The position numbers and the translations under genes were made by a program. Positions 33,546-45,887 of a DNA stretch of 64,000 nt are shown here, in pieces. The DNA lies in NCBI GenBank assembly GCA_030704615.1, contig CM060732.1:78430001-78494000 (forward strand), given 5' to 3'. The notes beneath the pieces are model-generated. The model was given only the letters and a program-made list of their open reading frames with translations, was not told the origin of the DNA and did no database searches. How positions within the stretch are numbered: position 1 is the stretch's first letter; every line of letters begins with the position of its first letter. This DNA comes from Takakia lepidozioides. Its lineage: Eukaryota; Plantae; Bryophyta.

Positions 33546-33872
33546 TGATAAAGAAGAAGAATACAAGCACAAGCTCATGCGAGCTCACAAAGCTGAAGCA
33601 TAAACTCATGCATATATAACCTCATCACTCAAATACAAGTCAAGCCAAGTGCACCCCACGCCATGGGGAATCCACACTACGGCGCCATAGCTAGGCGCGG
33701 TGAGGCTCAACTCGAGAAAGATGAGCCTCCCGCGCTTGCCGTGAAGATAACCACCCCAGGGCCTAAATCTGCCTTGACCCCTGGATTGACACTTGGGCCA
33801 ATCCCAAATGTCAATATGTAAAAGCTAGCTATTTCCTAGCTAGTTTCACACTAGTGGTAAAATAACTTGATA
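33546..33872 (-). repeat. Repeat B, terminal copy (5' end of the element)
   Basis: Matches 21911-22237. Confidence 0.95.
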
Positions 33873-36644
33873 GGGGACCTATGAGCAAAAGATGCGGAAG
33901 CATTCAACAGAATGCCTCAACGATCTTGATCACGTGGAATATAATGTTGGCAGGATTTACCAAGCATGGGTGTGGTAGGAATGCTTTTGAGACCTATGAG
34001 CAGATTATGTGCAAAGGGGTGAAGCCCAACCACATCAGATTTGTTTGTGTTTGCAATGCATGTGCAAGCCTAGCAGCCCTGGAAAAGGGCAAAGAGGTGC
34101 ATGGTTGCATCGCCAAAGCTGGAATTGTACCAGATGTGATTATGAACAATACCCTCGTAGACATGTATGCCAAATGTGGGAGCATCGAAAATGTGGAGGG
34201 ACGAGATGTGGTTGCATTTCACGACGAGATTGTGAACGAGATTTGGTGTCATGGAACGCCATGTTTGTAGGATATGCACAACAGGGGTGCGGGATGGAGG
34301 CCTGAGGGAAGGGGTGAAGCCCGACCACATCACGTTTGTGTGCATTTGCAATGCGTGTGCAAGCCTGGCAGCCCTAGAAAAGGGCAAAGAGGTTCATGGT
34401 GACATCATCAAAGCTGGAATTGTACCAAATGTCATTCTGGACACTGCCCTGCTTCACTTGTATGCGAAATGTGACTGCAATGAGGATGCAAAGGGAGTAT
34501 TTGACAATATGGCTGAATGAAATGTGGTGTCGTGGAATGCGATGATCGCAGGATATGCCCAGCATGGTTGTCATAGGGAGGTCCAACAACTATTTGAAGG
34601 AATGTAAAAGAAAGGCTTGAAGCTGGACAGTATCACCTTTATATGTGTTCTCTCTCCCTGCAGCCACACTGACCTACTGAATGAAGGAAGATGCTACTTC
34701 GATTCCCTGAGTGAAGATCATGGTATCAATCTGACAGTAAAGCACTTTGGCTGCATGGTGGACCTTCTTGGACGTGCGGGACAACTGGATGAGGCAGTGG
34801 ACCTGATTAATAAAATGCCAATCAATCCAGATGTTGTGGTGTGGAAGGCCTTGCTTGGTGCCTGCAGAATCCATGGCAATGTGGAGATGGCTGAATGTGT
34901 GGCAACATCTATCCTCAAGTGGGATGAACATGATGCCACGACTTATGTGGTGTTATATCAAACATCCATGTTGCAGCTGGCAGATGGGATGATATTGCAA
35001 AGGTGAGAAGAATGATGAAGGTCAGAGGGGTTAAAAAGGAGCCAGATGACAAGTTGCATCCCAGAATTAAGGAAATCCATGTTGAGCTGAGAAGATTGTC
35101 TGGGCAGATGAAGGAGGCGGGGTATGTGCCTGACACACGCTTTTTATTGCATGATGTGGAGGAAAGGAATTTTCTCTTAGCCACCACAGTGAGAAGCTGG
35201 CCATTGGTTTTGGGCTGATCAACACGACTCATCAAGAATCTTCGAGTGTGTGGAGACTGCCACACCTCCACCAAATTCATCTCAAAGATTGTTGGCCAAG
35301 CAATTGTTGTATGGGACGCTAACTACTTTTCACCACTTTGAAGATGGGATTTGTTCTTGTGGTGATTACTGGTGAAAGGATGTTTTCTTGGAAAGATGCT
35401 AGTGTCTTGCTTCATTCCTTGATCTGTGTAGCTACTCAGACCATCCACCATTTCCTGATAGTGGGGTCTACCCGGCATAGGTAGGAAGTCAGCCCACAAT
35501 TGCACTTGACTGAAGGGGTGATTTTTGACTGATTCTGGTGCAGTGGATGGAAATCAGAGTGCTGTCCTAATTCTGGTGGAGCTTCTCTAAAGCTTGAAGA
35601 TGGAAGTGAATACGAATTTTAATGAGCTTGATGAGAGGGGCAGCCCTGTGCACAAGTTTGTTCAGCATCTTAAATTTGGACATGTTTGTTGTTTCTCGTG
35701 GTGTGGCTTTGGATGGAGCCCTTGATGAACTTACATGATTATTGTCAAAAGCTAGCCTTAACCCACCAAGATCCAATCCCACGGTGGATGCTTGAAAGTT
35801 CATATAGCAAATGTAAGGGTATTTGGGTATGTTGTTATTGATTGATGTGGCTTGTGAAAATTGAATGTTGAAATGCAGATCCACCATTTTTCTTCCAGAA
35901 AAAAACAAAACACGGGACCTCTGCATGTAAACACCGTGGGGATGACCCACCCTTTTTTTGTGAAAAATTGAACTTAGTTCTTAGAATTCGTCGCTAGTAG
36001 TGTGGAGCAACGCGAAGCCCTAGTTGAGTGAAGACAGTTTACAGCAGAGGAGCCCGATCCCACCGACCACGTGCAGGACATTGCCGCATTCGGAGTGTGC
36101 GGGAGGACGTGGAGCCAGCTATGTTGCCCATTTTTGTACATATATTCTAGCGACGACCTAAGGTCGGAAGCTAGTTTAGCGTAGAGCAGGAATAGGGTGC
36201 CATAGTGCCACGTCATCGTCGCCATGTCATCATAGACACGTCATCGTCGTCGTCAATTTCTTTGGAACCTGCCCAGAATGCCCTCGCGAAATAGGCCAAT
36301 AGAAATCGTCGCGCCAACGTTTTAGGAACTGCCCGCAATGCCCGGATCTTGATCTTCTTGATCTTCTTGATCTTCTTGATCTGCGTTTTCCGCCATCGTT
36401 CACCTTGCAAGCACATGCATGGATAGCTGAAGGAGCAGGGATCGAGTGTGGGTCCAGATTCATAGATCGATCCGACATTATCTTACTACAGACACAAGCA
36501 GCACACACAACATGTTATTGCCAGGTTGTGTTTCAATCTCTGCCTCCTATTAGTACCATGATTTGGTATTCTTCCTGATGTTTACAAGGTTCTTGCGAGA
36601 GTCAGCTTGGTCTTGCCAGGCCGTGTTTCAATCTCTGCCTGCTT

Positions 36645-36960
36645 AGAGATCCACGCTGACCTTGTTAAAACTGGATTAGCGCTTACTGGAGTCTGCCCTT
36701 GCTGACATGTATGCTGAATGTGGGAGCATGAACTATGCATGTCAAGTTTCAACAATATGGCAAAACGAAATATTGTCCCTCGGAGTTCAGTGATAGCAGG
36801 ATGTGCTCTGCATGGGTGCAGCAGAAAAGTTTTTGAGACCTACGAGCAAATGCAACATGAAGGGGTAAGGTCGAACAGGGTCACGTCCATTTGTGTTCTC
36901 AATGCATGTGCCAAATTTGGAGCCCTGGAAAAGGACAAGCGGGTCCCTGCTGACTTTAGG
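36645..36960 (+). pseudogene. Diverged PPR fragment
   Basis: DMYAECGS...ETYEQMQHEGVRSNRVTSICVLNACA. Confidence 0.7.
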
Positions 36961-37090
36961 AAAACTGTTGCACATTATATTAGCTTGGACACAATCAAGG
37001 CAAAAAGGTGAATGCCTGTTGGAAGCATAAGAAAGTCAGCATAGGAACTAGTGTGATAAGTCTAGGCTGTATGAGTATCCTTGCTTATAG

Positions 37091-37548
37091 CTGCATCCAT
37101 GAGGTGAAATCATGGAAGCTTCGGACGCAGTCCTTGTGGCATTTGCAAAAAGTGGACAAGTGAGTCGAAATGCTGCTTGTCCATGCGGCTCTAGAAAGAA
37201 GTACAAGAGGTGGGTTCTCGCTCTTTTCACAGCTCCTCTCATCTCTCTGCCCCATTCCAATGGGAGTGTTGTAAGGCGGAGAGAAGCAATGTTTCTGGCT
37301 GCTTTATCTCACATTCATACTTAAACAGATGGATTTTGTGGCTAGATGAGTCAAATTTCAAACTTAAAGCAAAGCAAGTAGTACTATCAAACATCATGTG
37401 GCCTGGCAATAAGCTGGTCGTGCGGCATCTATGGCTTGAACACTATCTTACAAGCAAAGTATGCTCCAAATATATTGCCTATCCTTTACTAGACCATGAC
37501 TGGTAAAAATCTGGGGAGTTCTGTTGCAGGTGTTGTAGGAAGTCATAA
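37091..37548 (+). pseudogene. Orphan last two exons of a SEC-C motif protein (37091-37209, 37530-37548)
   Basis: QVSRNAACPCGSRKKYK-R|CCRKS* is spliced across a GT-AG intron. An upstream in-frame TGA is present. Confidence 0.7.
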
Positions 37549-37721
37549 GCTTGGACTTGAAACAGGGAAGTCATGTTGCATAAGCACGCACTTATGAAGA
37601 GTTTGTGCTCTGTTGTGAGGTCAGGTGGCCTCCTGCCGTTTTATCGTTATGGTCACCTACTTTCATTCCAAAGGGACTTTGACAGATGCAACTGGGTCTT
37701 TACATCTTTACATCAGCACTT

Positions 37722-40700
37722 CCTCTGAGCAAATGATGTGCGAAGGGGTGAAGCCCAACCGCATAACGTTTGTTTGCATTGGCAATGCGTGTGCAAGCCT
37801 GGCAGCCCTGGAAAGGTGCAAAGAGGTGCATGGTGACATCGTCAAATCTGGAACTGTACCCGATGTCATTCTGAACACTGCCCTGCTGGACATGTATGTC
37901 AAATGTGGGAGCATTGAGGATGGAAAGGGAGTGTTCGACAGTATGGCTGAATGAGATGTGGTGTCGTGGAGTGCGATGATTGCAGGATATGCACAGCAAG
38001 TATGCGGGATGGAGGACTTGGAGACCTATGAGCAATTGATGTGCGAAGGGATGAAGCCCGACCAACATCACGTTTGGGAGCTCTGGAAAAGGGGAAAGAG
38101 GTCCGTGGTGACATCGCCAAAGCTGTTATTGTACCTAATGTCATCCTGAACACTGCCCTGGTGGACATGTATGCCAAATGTGGGTGCATTAAGGATACGA
38201 AGGGAGTTAATTTCAACACCATGGTTGAACGAGATGTGGTGTTGTGGAACGCGATGCTTGCAAGGGCGTGGGATGGAGGCTTTGGAGACCTATGAGCAAA
38301 TGATGGGGGAAGGGGTGAAGCCACATCACGTTTGTGTGCGTTTGCAGTTCGTGTGCAAGCCTGGCAGCCCTGGAAAAGGGCAAAGAGGTGCATGGTTGCA
38401 TCGCCAAAGCTGGAATTGTACCAGATGTGATCCTGAACAATACCCTCGTGGACATGTATGCCAAATGTGGGTGCATCAAAGATGCGGATGAAGTGTTCAA
38501 CAGTATGGCTGAACGAGATTTGGTATCATGGAATGCCATGCTTGCAGGATATGCACAGCAGGGGCGCGGGATGGAGGCCTTGGAGACCTATGAGCAAATG
38601 ATGGGTAAGGGGTGAAGCGTGACCACATCACGTTTGTGTGCATTTGCAATGCTTGTGCAAGCCTGGCAGCCCTGGAAAAGGGCAAAGGGTGCATGGTGAC
38701 ATCATCAAAGCTGAAATTGTACCAAGGTTGCAATGCGTGTGCAAACCTGGGAGCCCTGGAAAATGGTAAAGAGGTCCGTGGTGACATTGTCAAAGCTGGA
38801 ATTGCACCAGATTCATCCTGAACACTGCCCTGATGGACATATGCCAAATGTGGGTGGATCGAGGATGTGAAGGGAGTTTTCAACACTGTGGTTGAAAGAA
38901 ATGTGGTGTCGTGGAACGCTATGCACAGCAGGGTATGCACAGCAGGGGCACGGGATGGAGGCTTTGGAGACCTATTAGAGTGTGTGTACAGAAGCATCCA
39001 AGAGGGCCAGATTTCAAGCACAAGATTACCTATGATTTTGTCAGTTAGCTCGTTAGCCCGGAGCAGGGATAGAGTGTGGGTCCAGATTCATCCAAGAGGC
39101 CAGATTTCAAGCACAAGAGTACTTGTGATTCCATGTGGATCGATAGCTACAAGAAACATGCATGGGTAGATGGTCAACTGGAAGCCGCAGAAGCAGTGGC
39201 ACAATTGATAAAATCAGGCATTGCTAATCAAGGCACCTTCTTCAACACATTTCACCCAGTTTTTCCCTCACAACAAGAAAGCAGCCAAAAACAGGTAACA
39301 GGGATGAGGAGAAGCTGTGGAATGAATACTTTTCTGACCACATAACTTTTGTGTGCGTGTGCAAGCCTGGCAGCCCTGGAAAAGGGCAAAGAGGTCCATG
39401 GTTGCATCGTCAAAGCTGGAAATGTACCAAATGTAATTCTGAACAATACCCTTGTGGACATGTATGCCAAATGTGGAGGGAGTGTTCAACAATATGGCTG
39501 AATCTGCCTGTTTTGCCCTCTCATCAGACTCGGCCTTGAGATGCATATTGAATTCTGTAAGTTAGCTTGTTGGGCGTATCTGTGGTGGGTAGGAGTGACT
39601 TTGACAAGTTACTGCCGATGTGGCAGCAGGAAAGTATCCAAAAACAGATAACATAGATGAGGAGAATCTTGTTGACGTTTGTTTGCATTTGCAATGCGTG
39701 TGCAAGTCTGGTAGCCCTGGAAAGGTGCAATGAGGTCCATGGTGACATCGTCAAAGCTGATTTGTACCAGATGTCATCCTGAACACAGCCTTGCTGGACA
39801 TGTATGTCAAATGTGAGTGCATCGAGGATGCAAAGGGAGTTTTCGACAGTATGGCTGAAAGAAATGTGGTGTCGTGGAGGGCGATGATTGCAAGATATGC
39901 ACAGCAAGGGGCGGGATGGAGGCTTCGGAGACCTATGAGCAAATGATGGGGGAAGGGGTGAAGCCCGACCGCATAATGTTTGTTTGCATCTGCAATGCGT
40001 GTGCAAGCCTGGCAGCTCTGGAAAGGTGCAAAGTGGTCCATGGTGATATCGTCACATCTGGACTTGTACCCAATGTCATTCTGAACACTACCCTGCTGGA
40101 CATGTATGTCAAATGTGAACTCGTGCATCAAGGATGCAAAGGGAGTTTTCGACAGTATGGCTGAAGGAGATGTGGTGTCGTGGAGGGCGCTAATTGCAGA
40201 ATATGCACAACAAGGGGCGCGGGATGGAGGCGTTGGAGACCTATGAGCAATTGATGTGCGAGGGGGTGAAGCCCAACCGCATAACGTTTGTGTGCATTTG
40301 TAATGCGTGTGCAAGCCTGACAACTTTGGAAAGGTGCAATGAGGTCCATGCATGTGACATCGTCAAAGCTGGATTTGTACTAGATGTCATCCTTAACACT
40401 GCCTTGCTGGACATGTATGTCAAATGTGAGTGCATCGAGGATGCAAAGGGAGTGTTCGACAGTATGGCTGAATGAGATGTGGTGTTGTGGAGTGCGATGA
40501 TTGCAGGATATGCACAGCAAGGATGCGGGATGGATTGGAGACCTATGAGCAATTGATGTGCGAAGGGGTGAAGCCCAACCGCAACACATTTGTTTGTGTT
40601 TGCAATGCGTGTGCAAGCCTAGGAGCCCTGGAAAAGGGGGAAGAGGTCCATGGTGACATCGTCAAAGCTGGATTTGTACCAGATGTCATCCTGAACACTG

Positions 40701-43165
40701 CCCTGGTGGACATGTATGCCAAATGTGGGTGCATGGAGGATGCAAAAGGAGTGTTCGACAATATGGCTGAATGAGATGTGGTGTCGTGGAATGCAATGAT
40801 CGCAGGATATGCACAGCATGGTTGTCATAGGGAGGTCCTGCAACTATTTGAAGGAATGCAAAAGAACGGCTTGAAGCAGTATGTGTTCTCTCTACATGCA
40901 GCCACACTGGCCTTCTGAATGAAGGTAGACGCTACTTCGATTCCCTGAGTGAAGATCATGGTGTCACTCCGACAGTATAGCACTTTGGCTGCATGATGGA
41001 CCTTCTTGGACGTGCGGGACAACTGGATGAGGCAGTGGACCTGATTAATAAAATGCCAATCAATCGAGATGTTGTGGTGTGGAAGGCCTTGTTTAGTGCC
41101 TGCAGAATCCATGACAATGTAGAGATGGATGATCACCAAGTGTTCAACAGAATGCCTCAACGATGTTTGATCATGTGGAACATAATGTTGGCAGGATTTA
41201 CCAAGCACGGATGTGGTAGGAATGCTTTGGAGACCTATGAGCAAATGTTGCGCGAAAGGGTGAAGCCCAACCACATCATATTTGTTTGTGTTTACAATGC
41301 GTGTGCAAGCCGGGGAGCTCTGGAAAAGGGGAAAGAGGTCCATGGTGACATCGTCAAAGCTGGAATTGTACCAGATGTCATTCTGCAAACTGCTCTGGTG
41401 GACATGTATGCCAAATGTGGGTGCATTAAGGATGCGAAGGCAGTTTTCAACACTATAGCTGAACGAGATGTGGTGCCATTGGACGCGATGCTTGCAGGGT
41501 ATGCACAACAAAAACGTGGTATGGAGGCTTTGGAGACTTATGAACAAATGATGGGAGAAGGGGTGAAGCCCGACCACATCACGTTTGGGTGCGTTTGCAA
41601 TGCGTGTGCAAGCCTGGCAGCTTTGGAAAGGGGCAAAGAGGTCCATGGCCACATCTTCAGAGTTGGAATTGTATCAGATTTCATTCTGAACAATACCCTG
41701 GTGGACATGTTTGCAAAATGTAGGTGCATCTAGGATGCAATGGGAGTGTTCAACACTATGGCTGAACAAGATGTGGCGTCGTGCAAGCCTGGCAGCCCTA
41801 GAGAAGGGCAAAGAGGTGCATGGGGATATCGTCAAAGCTGGAATTGTACCAAATGTCATTCTAAACACTGCCCTGGCAGCTCTGGAAAAGGGGAAAGAGG
41901 TCCATGGCGACATCTTCAGAGCTGGAATTGTACCAGCTGTCATTCTAAACAATACCCTGGTGGACATGTTTGCAAAATGTGGGTGTATCTAGGATGCAAA
42001 GGGAGTGTTCGACACTATGGCTGAACGAGGTGTGGTGTCGTGGAGTGCGGTGCTTGCAGGGTATGCACAGCAGGGACGTGGGATGGAGGCTTTGGAGACC
42101 TATGAGCAAATGATGTGCGGCGGGGTGAAGCCCGACCACATCACGTTTGTGTGCGTTTGCAGTGCGTGTGCAAGCCTGGCAGCCCTGGAAAAGGGCGAAG
42201 AGGTGCATGGCAACATCGTCACAGCTAGAATTGTAACAGATGTGATCCTGAACTCTGCCCTGGTGGACATGTATGCCAAATGTGGGTGCATGGAGGATGC
42301 AAAGGGAGTGTTCGACAATATGGCTGAATGAGATGTGGTGTCGTGGAATGCAATGATCGCAGGATATGCACAGCATGGTTGTCATAGGGTGGTCCTGCAA
42401 CTATTTGAAGGAATGCAAAAGAACGGCTTGAAGCAGTATGTGTTCTCTCTGCATGCAGCCACACTGGCCTTCTGAATGAAGGTAGATGCTACTTCGATTC
42501 ATGATTCAAGATCATGGTATCAATTCAATCTGACAGTAGAGCACTTTGGCTGCATGGTGGACCTTCTGGACGTGCGGGATAACTGGATGAGGCAGCGGAC
42601 CTGATTATCAAAATGCCAATCAATCCAGATGTTGTGGTGTGGAAGGCCGTGCTTGGTGCCTACAGAATCCATGGCAATGTGGAGATGGCTGAATGTGTGG
42701 CAACATCTATCATCAAGTGGGATGAACAGGATGCCGTGATTTATGTGGTGCTATATCAAATATCTATGCTGCAGCTGGCAGGTGGGATGATACTGCAAAT
42801 GTGAGAAAAATGATGAAGGTCAGAGGGGTTAGAAAGGAGCCAGATGACAAGTTGCATCCCATAATTAAGTGCTGAGCTGAGAAGATGTCTGGGGAGAAGA
42901 TGGAGGCGGGGTATGTGCCTGACACACGTTTTTTACTGCATGATGTGGAGGAAAGGAATTTTCTGTTTGCCACCACAGTGAGAAGTTGGCCATTGGTTTT
43001 GGGCTGATCAACACGACTCATCAAGAATCTTCGAGTGTGTGGAGACTGCCACACCTCTACCAAATTCATCTCAAAAATTGTTGGCCGAGCAATTGTTGTA
43101 TGGGACGCTAACTACTTTCCACCACTTTGAAGATGGGATTTGTTCTTGTGGTGATTACTGGTGAA
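37722..43165 (+). pseudogene. PLS-class PPR-E-DYW array 2 (degenerate)
   Basis: More than 10 P-L-S units, two E-domain blocks and terminal RVCGDCH...GICSCGDYW*. Confidence 0.9.
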
Positions 43166-43802
43166 AGAATGTTTTCTTGGAAAGATGCTAGTGTCTTGCT
43201 TCATTCCTTGATCTGTGTAGCTACTCAGACCATCCACCATTTCTTGATAGTGGGGTCTACCCGGCATAGGTGGGAAGTCAACCCACAATTGCACTTGACT
43301 GAAGGGGTGATTTTTTACTGATTCTGGTGCTGTCCTAATTCTGGGTTTGGGTGGTGGAGCTTCTCCAAAACTTGAAGATGGAAGTGAATACAAATTTTAA
43401 TGAGCTTGATGAGAGGGGCAGCCCTGTGCACAAGTTTGTTCAGCATCTTAAATTTGGACATGTTTGTTTGTTTCTCGTGGTGTGGCTTTGGATGGAGCCC
43501 TTGATGAACTTGCATGAATATTGTCAAAAGCTAGCCTTAACCCACCAAGATCCAATCCCATGGTGGATGCTTGAAAGTTCATACAGTGAATGGAAGGGTA
43601 TTTGGGTATGTTGTTATTGATTGATGTGGCTTGTGAAAATTGAATGTTGAAATGCAGATCCACCATTTTTCTTCCAGAAAAAAACAAAACACAGGATCTC
43701 TGCATGTAACACCGTGGGGATGACCCACCCATTTTTTGTGAAAAATTGAACATAGTTCTCATAATTCGTCGCTAGTAGTGCGGAGCAACGCGAAGCCCTA
43801 GT
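42100..43802 (+). repeat. Segmental duplicate of about 34300-36023 (PPR end, DYW and 3' flank)
   Basis: Collinear through gagcaacgcgaagccctagt. Confidence 0.88.
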
Positions 43803-43873
43803 ATATATATGGGTAAGTATAGTATAGTCTGTATAGATAGACTTTGTAGTGACATGTTTGTAGCATGTGTATG

Positions 43874-43951
43874 TGTAGCTTAGTGGTAGAGATCTCTCAT
43901 CTTAGCCAATCATCTTGGTGTACAATTCCTAACACCTCAACGTTTTTTTTT
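43874..43951 (+). mobile_element. tRNA-derived SINE-like head with T-run
   Basis: TAGCTTAGTGG, GTACAATTCC, then poly-T. Confidence 0.4.
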
Positions 43952-44684
43952 ATAGCAACCTGGTTTGGATGATAAAGTTCCTAAATATGAAAAAGGTGGC
44001 CGCGGAGGAGGGCAGAAGGGTGACTGAAGAGGAGGATGATAATCAAAAGGGTGACAAAAACGGAATGAGAATGTCATTTATTCATTGTTTTTGTGATGAA
44101 AGGACACATGTCAGCAAATTTAGGACCTTAAAAAAAAAACCTAAAACACACATCTTCTTCCTTCTTTCATTTTTTTCCTCCCATAAAATACAAAACTAAA
44201 CATAGTGACATATAATCTTCATTACTGTTTACAAGCTTTGTGAGCCAAGTTACTTGGTAATTTTATTTGTATTTCCAGCCTTGCAAACATTGATACATCT
44301 TATCTATGTGCCATGTAGCATTAGGCAGGGTCTTTTTTTTTGGGCCAGGGTTCAAATATGCCACTTAGTGTAGATTGACTGAAATGCAATATAAGCCAAT
44401 TTAACTTAGGTTTTCTACTTATGAATGGTGGTTTAAATTTTTTTGGTGGTGTTTGGCATAATTTCTGCCTAGTCTCCAATGATGCCTAAACCCTCCAATT
44501 TGCTATGTCAATTCTGGGTTATTCGCCTCAACAAGTCAACTAGGTTTTAGGTTCAGTCGCCCAATACCCATTCAAAATCTCATATAATCGCCAGCCATTT
44601 CCACTACGCATTTTGTACAAGCGCCAGACATGCTCCTCTAAGGTTCTAATGGATGCCACTTGTGCTCCAATGTAAATACCTTAA

Positions 44685-45887
44685 CCCTTAAGTGTCAAAC
44701 CGACCCGTTTTGGGTCGGTTAGGTTTCCTTAACCAGCCATAACTTCCTGTGGTTAAGGCTGATTGGCCTTTTTTTTTTCTCAATCGACAGATAATCGGGT
44801 CCCCCTTCATATGGCATTGGCCAATTGGTCAATGCCTGAAGGGGTATGGGTCTGGACCATTGGAAGGGGGCACACTCAGCTTTTTGAGGCCAATTTGGCC
44901 CCCTAACCTGCCCGGTCAGGTTAGGGTGACTGAAAGATACCCCATAAAGGTTAGGGCGGCAGGCTCCCCCAAACCCCTTGATTGCCCGGCAGGGGCATGG
45001 TGCCCGGCGCAGGTCTGGGCATTCCCAGGCCTGGGCCCTAGCCTGAATCGACGGCGATGGCAGCTCCGGCCAATGCCATGCAGGGCGGGCTGGAGGGAGT
45101 GCAGCCGCGATGGCGGGAGAGGTCGGGGCTCGAGAAAAACGCCACCAGGGGTGGGCCAGACCTAGGGGTGGGGTTTGAGAGGGTTGAGGGTGGAGTGGCC
45201 CCCAGGAAAGCAGGGCGGATAAGCCAGAGGAGCTCCCAAGCCTCGTGCCCTTCTGGGCTATGGCTCCAAATATCCTAGGCCTGCAGGCTATAACATAGGT
45301 GTGCCATTTGAAGTCTTGGGCAGGGAACCTAAAGATGTGAGGGCAGTTACCGATTGGTCCCAAACTTTTTTTGGGATCTCATATGGATGTTCATGACACT
45401 TCAACCGGAGGGATTAGGAATTGAACGGCTGAATGTTTTTGTATAATTTTAGGAAGAGAGATTTTGGCCTGCCCAGAGAAATGGCATATTTTGACCCCCC
45501 AATTTGTCACTACAAAGGAGCCCACTTGAGAACATTTCAGAAAAAACTGAAATTTTATGAGAATGTGTGTTATCAGGTATGGAACAACATTCTTGAGACT
45601 CTCAAACAGAAAAAATTAAAAATGCCCAAATACGAGCAAAAAACTGCTTTTTTTGGCACCTAGTTCTTAGTGGAGATTTTTTTTTGTCCCCACTCTACAC
45701 TTCATAATCTTCAGATCTGGCAGTTGGATTTTGGTGAAACTTTTTGTGGTAGGAGGTGGGGTAGGTGGGAAGTAATTCCAACGGTCAGTTTTACAGGGAC
45801 ACAGAGATTCTTTAGATAATATTTTTTTTGTGGGCCAGGGTCATGTTTTTCCCTGAGAGGGTGAAAATGAGTTTTGACACAAAAGGG
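44685..45887. mobile_element. Non-autonomous piggyBac-like element (1203 bp)
   Basis: TTAA TSD at 44681-84 and 45888-91. TIR CCCTTAAGTGTCAAA versus TTTGACACAAAAGGG. Subterminal palindrome AACCGACCC-gtttt-GGGTCGGTT. Confidence 0.8.

Larger units (their letters stand above)
21722..33872 (-). mobile_element. Ty3/Gypsy-like retroelement encoding a DNMT3-like methyltransferase and a PHD-integrase, with split (permuted) LTRs
   Basis: GGGG TSD at 21718-21 and 33873-76; removing the element restores the PPR sequence gctttggggacctatgag. Repeat A occurs at 21722-21911 and 22240-22429 (identical by eye). Repeat B occurs at 21911-22237 and 33546-33872 (1 mismatch). Internal ORFs encode gag-PR-MTase-RT-RH-IN-PHD. 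Confidence 0.95.
19160..35376 (+). pseudogene. PLS-class PPR-E-DYW array 1 (19160-21721 and 33873-35376), split by the 12-kb retroelement
   Basis: Repeated P-L-S triplets of about 303 nt. Ends HSEKLA...[10 protein letters not shown]...GICSCGDYW* at 35376. Many frameshifts and stops. Confidence 0.9.

Noticed and set aside
21911-33872. Ordinary LTR element with B as a 327-bp LTR pair
   Set aside because: There is no PPT next to the internal B and no TSD at 21910. The TSD and the restored PPR frame require the boundary at 21722.
21722-33872. DIRS/Ngaro tyrosine-recombinase element
   Set aside because: No YR (R-H-R-Y) ORF was seen, a DDE integrase and TSD are present, and the MTase is C5-type rather than the adenine MTase of DIRS.
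34518-42331. Recurrent TGA stops repaired by U-to-C editing
   Set aside because: Such editing is established only for organellar transcripts, and the arrays also contain many indels.
18098-42464. Numerous minus-strand ORFs over the PPR arrays
   Set aside because: They are antisense shadows of the PPR repeats.
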